Source: Epithemia pelagica (lineage: Eukaryota; Protista; Bacillariophyta). Taken from it: a stretch of 64,000 nt of DNA. Position 1 is the stretch's first letter; each line of letters opens with the position of its first letter. A program made the position numbers and the translations under genes. This document shows positions 31,901 to 40,460 of the stretch, in pieces. Below the pieces are notes generated by a model, which was not told where the DNA came from, did not search any database, and saw nothing but the letters and a program-made list of their open reading frames with translations. The DNA is taken from positions 4,712,001 through 4,776,000 of the forward strand of contig OX337229.1 of NCBI GenBank assembly GCA_946965045.2, written 5' to 3'.

Positions 31901-33917
31901 GATAAAGAGCAATGGTTTTGCGCAAGGAGAGGATGATCTTGTCGTCAGTGGTGCTTGCCAGTGCGTCGATTGTGCCAAAGTGAATCTTTCTGGAAGTTGT
32001 GACCAGAAATGGGACTCCGTTAACATGCAACACATCAATGGTTAAGGTGATGTCCTTGTGTTGTTCCTCAATCCGAGGAGGAACAGTGAATGCGGTGTCC
32101 ACAAAAGGGGATTTCTTTCGCGTTGTTTTTCCTTTCAAGCTGCCAAGATCTGGTCCGTAGATCTTCTCGGCTCTTCTTACATCATCTGCATTGATAGTGA
32201 CGTTTGGAAGCAAATTGTTCTTGAGGATGTGGATGTAATCCTTTGTGGATGGCCGTCCTATCTTAGATAAAATGGTACGTGCCAACCTGGCCCTATTGAC
32301 TTCATCTTGAGAGTATCCTTCTTCGTTTTCACTAACGGTAGTTATGAAACTACTCTGAAGTTGCGAAGTGTCGAGATAAAATAGACCATCATTGCTCGAA
32401 TTAAATCGGTGTTTGAGACGTCCCGTGGCCCGGTCATGCAGGGTGAATGAATTGCCATGATCGCTGTCATACTTGATGTGAAAACGAACTTGTGCGCGAG
32501 TGAGTGAGATGATATTGGCTGGCCCATCAGGGTCATGCCACACTATGCCGTATCCTGGTAATAGACCCTTCATGGTGAGTTGTCGGCGTCCGGCGTGGCT
32601 TTGGACTGTGATAGGCTCTTCGGCCGTATGGATGTTTTTTAAGAGTGACTTGTCTTGGATGATATCTACTGTGGACTGATTGTCCAGCAGTAACCAATGG
32701 TCGGGTATGCTAGCCTGGGATCGAGAGGAAAAAACAAAACAAGGTGAGGATTCGGATTGGTCAGTAACACAAGAATCAACACAGTGCTCAGTCTGATGGA
32801 ATTCGGTACCTTGACTGGCACCTTGGTGGGTATTGGACCGGTTTTGGGATGATGTTGTGGCATTGGTTTGTTCTGTTAAGGACGAGGCAGCTTGGCTGGC
32901 ATCGGCTGTCATGTATGCAACACCGGTTGTCGAGTCAGACGGGGCCACTGACTGGTTGTTTTGTTTGTGTTTGTTGCTCATTCTGTTATCCAGGATGGCC
33001 CGCGCATTGGCAAGCGTCTTGGGATACAGATTATGTCCATCTAAGAACAGGTTCTGTAGATGAGCCTCATAATCGCGCTGTCCACAGGTACGTATGAAAC
33101 GGATCGCCAAGCACCTTTCTTGTGCATCTGCATGATCCGTGGGGGATGGCGGGGATCGTTTGTTTGCTGCTGCTACTTGATGCAGAATGTCTTTGTCATA
33201 TAAGACAATCCCCGCTTCTTCAAGCACCTTCGCTTTCGCCCGAAAAACCTCATAGTAACTGTGTAAACTCTGATTGTTCTTACGCTTGAGCGCGTAAAAT
33301 TCCTCCTTGAGCTTGTCACGCCCGACCAAGTTGTAGATTCGGCCGGAATCGAAGGTGAATGTGACTTGCTTGATTAATTTAAGCAATTCGACTCCATCCC
33401 GTTTCTCTTTCAACTTGAGGAACTCGGGTTTGGCTTGCAGTTTATCTTTCATGAGGGGCGTACATTGTCCCAAAATAAGACTAAAGAGGGCAGCCCGAAA
33501 GTTTTTGTAGTCTCTGACTTGATCTTGTCGCGCCTTGTAGCGCATTTTCCATTCTTCTACCTCTATGGGATCGGAGTCATCTTTAGGACGAGTGGCTTCC
33601 TCGGGATCTTTAAGTTCCAGTGTCTCAATGGCCTGCTGGAACTCCATGTTATGACGGTCAAAGTTGGTACCAACATAGCCAACTAACCATTCCACGTTTC
33701 GTAGGTAACGTTTGGACTGGGGGTCTTCAGTATAATCGAAAATGCACTCTTTCAAAGATGGCTCTTGACCTTGAAACCTCGACGAGTTGGATTGTTGGGA
33801 GGATTGCCATCCTCTGCCTCTTCCACCTCTTCCACCACGACCACCTTGTCTTTGCCCACTCGATGCCCTAGAACCAGTTTCGTCTGGCCGTGGGGTTGTG
33901 GATCCTTGTTGCGACAT
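28797..33917 (-). CDS. Gag-Pol polyprotein (1706 aa), copia domain order
   Basis: PR LLDNQSTVD; IN TIDVL / LADGAF / VERYIRTVKE; RT KGRGCADG, ADIPGAF, KALYGTL, WHIDD; RH VDASYA, SSTECE, QDNQS, ADFFTKPLQG. ATG in CCACCATG at 33917. Confidence 0.96.
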   Translation of the reverse strand: MSQQGSTTPRPDETGSRASSGQRQGGRGGRGGRGRGWQSSQQSNSSRFQGQEPSLKECIFDYTEDPQSKRYLRNVEWLVGYVGTNFDRHNMEFQQAIETLELKDPEEATRPKDDSDPIEVEEWKMRYKARQDQVRDYKNFRAALFSLILGQCTPLMKDKLQAKPEFLKLKEKRDGVELLKLIKQVTFTFDSGRIYNLVGRDKLKEEFYALKRKNNQSLHSYYEVFRAKAKVLEEAGIVLYDKDILHQVAAANKRSPPSPTDHADAQERCLAIRFIRTCGQRDYEAHLQNLFLDGHNLYPKTLANARAILDNRMSNKHKQNNQSVAPSDSTTGVAYMTADASQAASSLTEQTNATTSSQNRSNTHQGASQGTEFHQTEHCVDSCVTDQSESSPCFVFSSRSQASIPDHWLLLDNQSTVDIIQDKSLLKNIHTAEEPITVQSHAGRRQLTMKGLLPGYGIVWHDPDGPANIISLTRAQVRFHIKYDSDHGNSFTLHDRATGRLKHRFNSSNDGLFYLDTSQLQSSFITTVSENEEGYSQDEVNRARLARTILSKIGRPSTKDYIHILKNNLLPNVTINADDVRRAEKIYGPDLGSLKGKTTRKKSPFVDTAFTVPPRIEEQHKDITLTIDVLHVNGVPFLVTTSRKIHFGTIDALASTTDDKIILSLRKTIALYRRGGLRPRMILADGAFTSDEMRTKMQLLGITINSTARDEHVGDVERYIRTVKERMRCVFNTLPFITLPKIMIIELAKFAVFWINSFPHRLGISTTESPRLLVTGENIDYAKHCRFEFGEYVQCHEEHDNSMAPRTVGALALRPTGNRQGSYYFLSLASGRVITRNHATPLPMPQEVIQRVSDLAAAQEMQPGLAFGNRDNRVLWLDDENILINEDDDASYHHDIDDEDEDLRYDDDIVDEELENADVQDDDELVAEPPADDPVINPGMDHQQNQGVEIQGVGVEVGLPNPIDDDGDHVADMDAEDGSNGDEQDGGELAGGDDMEEEDIDDDEGNQAVVDPNQVEPLILEPEPEHVADEAPAQEPAIEPVADEAPAQQQRYNLRPNRARSYAYRYGHSFACVDRLTSGRYDGYLREGILYLVASETNLATPQMSMKKGIKLFGDKGVAAVKIEIQQLHDRGVLKAVHKSDLSWEQIQQALGYLMFLKRKRCGKIKGRGCADGRKQRSYIEKSQSASPTVATEAVFITTVIDALERRVVIVADIPGAFMHSDMDPDVYMRLDGLMAELLLEVDYDMYKPYVTYEKGQPVIYVEMLKALYGTLRAARLFWEKLSAVLKSWGFIMNPYDSCVANKQVNNKQLTVTWHIDDLKISHVDAEVVQQFVKDLKAEFGQLGEISVSEGIRHDYLGMFLDYGDDGVVQVDMRSYLETVLTDLPKCFIGKARSPAAKHLYHINPKAKALDSTAADEFHSITMQLAYMAQRGRPDIRTAVAFLSTRVMAPDEDDRRKLGRVLKYLQSTKDLVLRLEGTKDFPIHWWVDASYAVHPDFKGQTGGYMTLGRGAVVTASSKQKLVARSSTECELIGIHDVLPSIIWTKNFIQAQGHAVQDVVLHQDNQSSILLAKNGRLSSTKRTKHINLRYFYITDCIRRKELSVKYCPTEDMIADFFTKPLQGQMFYKLRDIIMNVLPDSKYHSSAQRSVLRIDEQPVVMEDQGATKQDKEEGQDANLWTVVRRRGKSNAMTTKLSKSSFNGVYVDQ

Positions 33918-33922
33918 GGTGG

Positions 33923-34424
33923 TTACTCGATGAGGGCTATCCAATCGCGGTGACGACGGTGTTCTTCGTGTTTCTTCGAGATCGGATTCCAGATCTTGAT
34001 GAAGTGATACACGGTACCGTGGCGACTGACCGTTCCTTGTAAATATGGCCTGGCTTCGGCTCCTTTCAGCTTTAAGGAGTTAAGAATCCAGACTCTTGTG
34101 CCTTTTGGTATCCAACGTGGATCACGGCCTCGCTGTGACGGAATGTTGGGGAAGATGGTTTCTGCTTCGATCTCTCCCTCTGCCGTCTCACGGATGACGT
34201 CTACCAAGGCCACTGGTTCTTGACTTTCAGTTGCACTTTGTTGTCTTGCTCCACTTGATTGATCGTTGGTTCCGGATTGCTCGGGAAATCTGCCTCCACT
34301 TGATCGGGATATGTTGCGATGCAGGTACTTGCTCCCCTGGACTCGCGTTCCTCGGCACGCTTCAACTCCACGAGAATTTCTTCCCGCTTTACTTGGGTAT
34401 CTTCTAATATACGCTGCTTTCTCG
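33923..34424 (-). CDS. Element-borne upstream ORF-B (-1 frame relative to ORF-A, no ATG of its own) ending in a small beta-barrel-like domain
   Basis: Frame is open from about 34424 to TAA at 33923. It has an S/G/Q linker, then IPKGTRVWILN..YLQGTVSRHGTVYHFIKIW..EHRRHRDWIALIE, and stops 5 nt before the gag ATG. Confidence 0.5.
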
Positions 34425-34635
34425 TCTCACAATCAAAGTAATCGTTATCGCGTTCGGTCTCGCGAGCACGCTCGAGCGCTGCCACAGCCTCGCGATGTTG
34501 TACTTCTTTGCGTCTATTTTCCGCTTGGTAGCGCAACTCTACTCCCCGCAGGAAATCCTGTTCCTCGATAGCGAGGGCTGCCAGTTGACCCAATAATGTG
34601 GAGACTTTGGGGTTTTCGACTCGCTCTTCACTCAT
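34201..34635 (-). CDS. Element-borne upstream ORF-A, coiled-coil (144 aa)
   Basis: First ATG after the PBS position (MSEERVENP..). E/R/Q-rich heptad-like helix LAALAIEEQDFLRGVELRYQAENRRKEVQHREAVAALERARE. Confidence 0.55.
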   Translation of the reverse strand: MSEERVENPKVSTLLGQLAALAIEEQDFLRGVELRYQAENRRKEVQHREAVAALERARETERDNDYFDCETRKQRILEDTQVKREEILVELKRAEERESRGASTCIATYPDQVEADFPSNPEPTINQVEQDNKVQLKVKNQWPW

Positions 34636-34696
34636 GCAGTGTACTTCACAGGAAAACGTCAAGAAATGAGGTGTTCCTGTCCTGATGAATTAGATT

Positions 34697-34788
34697 TTCA
34701 ATGGAGTTTATGTTGAAACTCAAATAAACCGTGCCGTAAAAGCAACTCTTTATAGGCTTATTGATCTACGTAAACTCCATTGAATGAG
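34697..34788 (-). other. Self-complementary PBS / LTR 5'-end pair (candidate self-priming structure)
   Basis: 34697-34710 is the exact 14-nt reverse complement of 34771-34784. Inr-like CTCATTC at 34788-34782. Confidence 0.8.
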
Positions 34789-34933
34789 CTCTTGCTCAGT
34801 TTCGTTGTCATAGCGTTGCTTTTGCCACGTCGCCTGACCACAGTCCAAAGATTCGCATCTTGTCCTTCTTCCTTGTCCTGTTTGGTCGCGCCTTGGTCCT
34901 CCATGACTACCGGTTGCTCGTCTATCCTCAACA
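34711..34933 (-). repeat. 5' LTR (223 bp)
   Basis: Direct repeat of 28750-28972. Confidence 0.97.
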
Positions 34934-35000
34934 CTGTCATTTCTGTTTTGCGTTTCATATCTGCTTTGGATGAACCACCAAGGGCAAAAGCCATCAAAAC

Positions 35001-35552
35001 ATGGCACAGAATGAAGCCCTGACCATAGAAGAAGGAGGAGGTGAAAGTCCGAATATGTTGTCGATTGCACGATCTGCATTGGACGAATGGGGGTTGACGT
35101 ATGAAGTAGTGGAACGGAGCAATCCTCAGATCCCAATCATTGAGTTTGGGATGAGTGGGACCTATTCCAGTTACCGTGCCATTGTAAGCATGGATATGGA
35201 AGACCAGATATTTGCCGTGTACTACGTATGTCCGTTGAAAATAATTGAAAGCCGACGCCGCGAACTGGCACGGTACTTGGCCGGAGCAAACTACAAGGTC
35301 ATGATTGGGCATTTCGACTTGGATTTTCGAGATGGTGAAGTACGCTTCAAGGTCTCTACGATTCTGCGAGGGAGCATGCTTTCAAAAGAGATGGTCAAGC
35401 AAGTGATCGGAATATCAATGAAGACAATGGACAAGTTCTTTCCCGGTATGATGGCGTGTGAGTTTGGCGATATTCCCGCTGACGATGCCCTGGCTGCACT
35501 GGAAAATACTAGCCACGTCGCAGACACTTCTGCCGTTGAAGCAACTCAGTGA
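35001..35552 (+). CDS. YbjN-family domain protein (type III chaperone-like fold)
   Basis: ELARYLAGANYKVMIGHFDLDFRDGEVRF matches the YbjN pattern; 183 aa, intronless. Confidence 0.75.
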   Translation: MAQNEALTIEEGGGESPNMLSIARSALDEWGLTYEVVERSNPQIPIIEFGMSGTYSSYRAIVSMDMEDQIFAVYYVCPLKIIESRRRELARYLAGANYKVMIGHFDLDFRDGEVRFKVSTILRGSMLSKEMVKQVIGISMKTMDKFFPGMMACEFGDIPADDALAALENTSHVADTSAVEATQ

Positions 35553-36033
35553 ACATTTCACATGTCTCTATTTGTACTCGGGCTTCTGTGTTTTGTAACG
35601 AGATCTAGTGTGGAAAACTAATAGGGAGCTTCGTTTCAGCCCGCCAGCCACAAGTTCGTGAGTTGGAACTTTCCACATACATAAAGGTGTTTGTTGAGTG
35701 CTCAATTCATCATTCGTTCTAGTTTATTTAAAGAGTGAATTGAGAGGCGCAACTTGGCAACACAGTTCATCACTATTTTATCCGCTTTTAGGGGAAACAT
35801 GCATCACGTCTAGCTCTACAACATTGTTATTTCACAGCATAAAGGAATCTGTCATGACCATAGAAATGAGGCGACTTGTAACTTGTAAACGATCTTACCG
35901 TGCGCGAATGAATACTCTACTGGGGACCCCGCATCCATAAAGTGCTCAAACGTGCGGGGCGTTTACTTTTCTCCATTGTGGGATTGGTTCATAGTTCCAC
36001 AAAGAAATGATCCAAGTCAGTTCTCGTTTAGTT

Positions 36034-36912
36034 TCAGTCAAGTGATTTTCCGTTTTCGTTATCGCCCATTTTCTCGTAGTCAGATGTTGATTTCCCAACA
36101 GGAGTTCCAACCTTGGTATCATCAGGTGGACTGTCTTTTTCACCTTTTTCCAAGATACGCGCATCTCCCTTGGTCATCCATCTCATGTGTCGCTGAAAAA
36201 TGATAAAGTTCGCAGCCACAGCGATAATTGGCATGATAATAATGATAAAGGAAAACCACATCCAGCCACCAGGCAGTTCATCTTCATACTTGTTTTGGCC
36301 AATCACCCAAAGAACATAGGCGGCACTTGCAATATTTGCCACAATCCAAACTGCAGCATACGACGCCAAAAACTGCATTGCTGACTTTGTTCGGTCCGAC
36401 GCCAAGTATGCCATTTCGACATCGTTTTTCGGGTGACCCGAATATGGTCGATCAGGGAGTACAAGAATGGACACCCACTCACGGCTAAAGTTCTCATACA
36501 AGCGCACGGACCGTCGAATGTAGGAATGGCGGTGACCACGTCGCGGATCACCATATGTTACAGTGCCGTAATGAGGAAAGGCACCGAAGCAAGTATTATC
36601 TTCAGGATAGAACACATCACCCAAGACTGATTCTCCATCCTCGAGATACTTGCGAAGCAGAACCTTCTTTCTTGGAACCGTATGTAGGCAGTAGACAACC
36701 AAAACTGTTGCCAATAGAGCCACCCACAGGTAAACAAAAACAACCCCTTTAAGGTCGATCAAGTAAATCTCAAGACCCTCTTCAGCATTCGCCAAAACGT
36801 AAGGCGGAAGTTTGGAGCGCTGATAGGTCTCAATCAACAGAAACGTCAGAATGAGCATCAAGGGAATGCTCCCAAGGATGATCTTACGGGCATAAGACGA
36901 ATCGGGTAGCAT
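36034..36912 (-). CDS. Hypothetical multi-pass membrane protein
   Basis: 292-aa ORF with about four hydrophobic helices flanking a soluble VLGDV..SILVLPDRPYSG domain. Confidence 0.7.
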   Translation of the reverse strand: MLPDSSYARKIILGSIPLMLILTFLLIETYQRSKLPPYVLANAEEGLEIYLIDLKGVVFVYLWVALLATVLVVYCLHTVPRKKVLLRKYLEDGESVLGDVFYPEDNTCFGAFPHYGTVTYGDPRRGHRHSYIRRSVRLYENFSREWVSILVLPDRPYSGHPKNDVEMAYLASDRTKSAMQFLASYAAVWIVANIASAAYVLWVIGQNKYEDELPGGWMWFSFIIIIMPIIAVAANFIIFQRHMRWMTKGDARILEKGEKDSPPDDTKVGTPVGKSTSDYEKMGDNENGKSLD

Positions 36913-37730
36913 CGTGCGTATTGATGATTATTGAAAGAAGGATGTCGTCCGTCCGAAATCAATTGAAACAAATCTTATTGCAGTGACTCGTAACAAAGGA
37001 GTCTCTTGTAACTCCCACCACCAAATGGAGCGATCATCGGTTGAACTCCTCCGTTGGATTATACGTGGGCAAAAAGTGCAACCGACAGAAAACTCATCAG
37101 ATAACTTGTGCCCGCTCGCGCACCTTGTGCCGATCCAACTCTGACATAGGCTGTGATCTACTTTTTGGACTACACTACTGTATGCAATGACCGTTAGGAG
37201 CACTCCTACACATGCTGTTGCTGTGCGTGCACCGACACTGGTCTCAAATTTTTGTTCTCTCACAAAATGGCAATCTCCAAAGTTTTGCCTGGGGTGATTT
37301 GGTGATTGGTGATTTATACCTCGGTAGGAGTAGGACCTGACTCGTCCTATGAAACTCCGATGTGAAAATTAGAAAAAACATAATGACAAGATTCAGCCAT
37401 CTGAAAAACTTCCCTCCAACAACTATGACAACACTTTCACATGGAGAAGTGGGGTGTAAGTTGGGCGGTGCGCTTCGTTCCAGTTGCTTGCGGAAGCCGC
37501 AATTACCTCAAAGAAAATTCTGAGAAGCACATAGCTCTCAGATCTTGATGGTTACTTCATGTCTTTTTGCTCTGGGCAGTTCATTAACGAACTTATCATT
37601 GAGTTATTTATTTATTTGCTTTAGAGAAGAGCACAAACAATAGTGCGATAGATAGGGTTTGGGACATTTGCTGATCTCTCTCATGTTAAGCACAATTCGG
37701 GATCGTAACCATGACATCTCGGTTGACGTC

Positions 37731-38642
37731 TTACCCTGCTTTTGTCAAGGTTCGGATTCCTAAAAATACCAAAAGGCCCGAGAACCCCCATTGCAACGAG
37801 GATTCCTCCGCATAGACTTGAGCAAACTTCCCACCCGTGTAGGCCCCAATGCACGCACCAATCGCCAATGGGGGTGCGACCCGGAGAGCAACGTTACCCG
37901 CCTGGAAATGAGTCAGTGTCCCCGTGGCCGCAGGCAAGACCATGGCCGTCAAGGAAGTTGCCAGTGCCTGATAGTGATCGCAACTGGTAAATACAGTGAG
38001 AGCTGGGACAACGATAACTCCACCGCCAACACCAAACAGTCCAGCCATGAATCCCGATCCTAATCCGATTGCTGAGGCAGAAACCAAGCGAAGGCCAGTT
38101 TGTGTCGTGTCATTTCCGTTGTCTTTTATTGCTTCGGGTTGCTTGGTCGATGATTGATCCAACACGTACTTTTTGGCATGTACACCGGGAGCCATGATCA
38201 GCATCAGGACTCCTAGGGCGTATTTGAGAGAGCTCCCAGAAAGACTTGAAGCATATTTGGCACCATATCGTGCCGATACCATTCCAGTCAGTGCAATGGC
38301 GGCGGCCAAATCCCATTGGACGAATGTTGCATAGCTCCAACAACCAGCAAATCCAGTCGCCGCGACGGCGAAGAGTGATGTTCCATGAGCTTGATGCTGA
38401 GAGAGAGCCAACAGCGATCGACTTGTCATCAAGGGAATCATGACAAATCCTCCTCCCATCCCTGCTAGAGATCCCAAAACACCGGCAACCGTGCCGATTC
38501 CGAGACTCTTGGGCACGATCTTTGATGGCGAGTCATGAGGGGAACTTCCAGGTGGACTCGAAGTGAGCAGTCTCTTTGAGACCGTCCGGTGACTCCGAGC
38601 GATCAAGGAAGCTTGTCGTTGAAAAGCCGCAACCATCACCAT
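37731..38642 (-). CDS. TauE/SafE (TSUP) sulfite-exporter family transporter with organellar presequence
   Basis: Duplicated GSLAGMGGGFVMIP and AGLFGVGGGVIVVP motifs, HQAHGTSL; first ATG at 38642. Confidence 0.9.
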   Translation of the reverse strand: MVMVAAFQRQASLIARSHRTVSKRLLTSSPPGSSPHDSPSKIVPKSLGIGTVAGVLGSLAGMGGGFVMIPLMTSRSLLALSQHQAHGTSLFAVAATGFAGCWSYATFVQWDLAAAIALTGMVSARYGAKYASSLSGSSLKYALGVLMLIMAPGVHAKKYVLDQSSTKQPEAIKDNGNDTTQTGLRLVSASAIGLGSGFMAGLFGVGGGVIVVPALTVFTSCDHYQALATSLTAMVLPAATGTLTHFQAGNVALRVAPPLAIGACIGAYTGGKFAQVYAEESSLQWGFSGLLVFLGIRTLTKAG

Positions 38643-38856
38643 TTTTGATTTGGAGAACAATTCGTGATGCACGAGAATCTTTTGCGGAACTTCGTCCGAA
38701 AGGAGATCAGTCGCACTTCCGACCCGCGAATGAAGAAGAAGAATCTTTTCCGTGACGAGAATCGTGATGTCAACACGACAGATGTGTGCAGATTCTTTGG
38801 TCCCATTATTCGCCGCCAAATAAAAGGTTCATGGTCAATGGAAACAAAGCAACAAC

Positions 38857-40460
38857 ATGTCGTTCTCTTCTCGACGCCGCAACTATCTCTTGACGCCCCA
38901 TAGACGGGATGGTCTGATCGAATGGTAGGTTTGCCTGACGTGGAAGCGGAGCACAGGTCGTCTTCTCTCACCGCTCATCTTCCAATGGATTTCCGCAGGA
39001 TGAAGTCGATGCTCCAACATTCGTTTGTTCTCGATGCGCTGGAAACAACTGCTGCCGACACTTTCTCCCATTTCGAAGTCCTTATCGAGGAACATCGACA
39101 AATGGAAGGATCCTCTCAGCCCAGTCGCCTCCAGCAGCTTGTTCCAACGATTGGTGTCTTTCATACGAGTTTGCCGCTGCGCGCCGCGTTCCAAATTTAC
39201 AATGACAAGCATCGTTTGACGAAGCGAAAGCACATCCAGATTAGTTTCAACGAACTTCGACATATTCTGAATCTTGCGCAGATAATTGCCATGCGACGCA
39301 TCGAGGTCCCTTATATGGAGCCATTCACGCTCCTCACTTCTTCATCGCGTGGAATGAATCTAGAAAAGATTCAAGCAGACGACGACGCAAGTTCTTCTAG
39401 CCCAACAGATGGAGTGATGGATACTAATGGGGATATGTACTCCTGCAAGTTCAATGGCCCCAAACTTATTTCCTTTGATGGCGACCAGACACTCTACTCG
39501 GATGGTTCAAACTTTGATGATAACCCCGAACTCGCAAGCTACATGGAACTCCTCTTAAAGCATGGCACAATTGTGGCTGTCGTTACTGCTGCTGGGTACG
39601 ATTATAAGGTCGAAAAATACGAGTTTCGCATTTCTGGTTTGCTGCAGTACTTCGCAAAGCAGAAACTGGCAGAGGACGAATGTGAGCGGTTCTATTTATT
39701 TGGTGGGGAGTGCAACTATTTGCTTCAACTTGGTGCTGACTATCATTTGCACCCTGTCAAAGAGGTCGGCCCTGGTGGGTGGATGACATCGACGCAGTAT
39801 CTACCAGATTCACCGGGAAACTGGGAGGAAGCCAAAATTAGCGCACTCCTGGATGTTGTGGAGAAAAAGGCCAACGCTGTGGTGGAGGACCTTGCCTTGC
39901 GTGGTCGTGTGATTAGAAAGAGGCGTGCAGTAGGCCTCGTTCCTACCCCAGATTCGGAAATAACGAGAGAAAGTTTGGATGAGGTAGTGTTGAGTTATCA
40001 GGAACAACTTCATGCCATGAACGGAGGAAAGGGTCCAGGTCTACCGTATTGTGCCTTTAACGGGGGTTCTGATGCGTGGGTGGACGTGGGAAATAAGAGG
40101 GTTGGTGTCCAGATATTGCAGTCATACCTTGGAATACAACAATCGGAGACCCTTCACATTGGCGATCAGTTCCTCAATACTGGTAACGATACGGCTGCAC
40201 GAGAGGTTTGTCCTTGCATATGGATCATCAATCCAAAAGAGACAACCTATGTTCTCAAGTCGATTCTGCGACTGGCTGGTGTTAACTTAGAAAAAGCGGC
40301 ACAGTCCCCTGCAGAAGAAGAAGGCAGTCTGGGCAATACAGGGGAAAATGGCTTGGTGCTGTCACCACAGTCTGTCGACTTCGGAGAAGTTCAACGAAGG
40401 GCTCAGGCAGCAAAGAAAATGGATGTATACACAGGCGAGCTAGTTAATCGTCCATCTTAA
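38857..40460 (+). CDS. ISN1: IMP-specific 5'-nucleotidase (HAD fold); intron 38925-38998
   Basis: Splicing gives MSFSSRRRNYLLTPHRRDGLIEW-MKSMLQHSFVL, the ISN1-type N-terminus. Also SFNELRHILNLAQ, FDGDQTLY, FNGGSDAWVDVGNK and HIGDQF. Confidence 0.92.

Larger units (their letters stand above)
28750..34933 (-). mobile_element. Full-length young Ty1/copia (CoDi-type) LTR retrotransposon, 6184 bp
   Basis: Two 223-bp LTRs, identical by eye, with TGTTGA..TCAACA termini. 5-bp TSD CTGTC at 28745-28749 and 34934-34938. Intact gag-PR-IN-RT-RH ORF and a PPT-like AAAGGAGTG before the 3' LTR. Confidence 0.98.

Noticed and set aside
34758-35312. 184-aa ORF sharing the Pol C-terminus
   Set aside because: A chimera of antisense YbjN sequence and the open LTR frame, created by the insertion. 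It would matter only if antisense read-in transcripts were shown.
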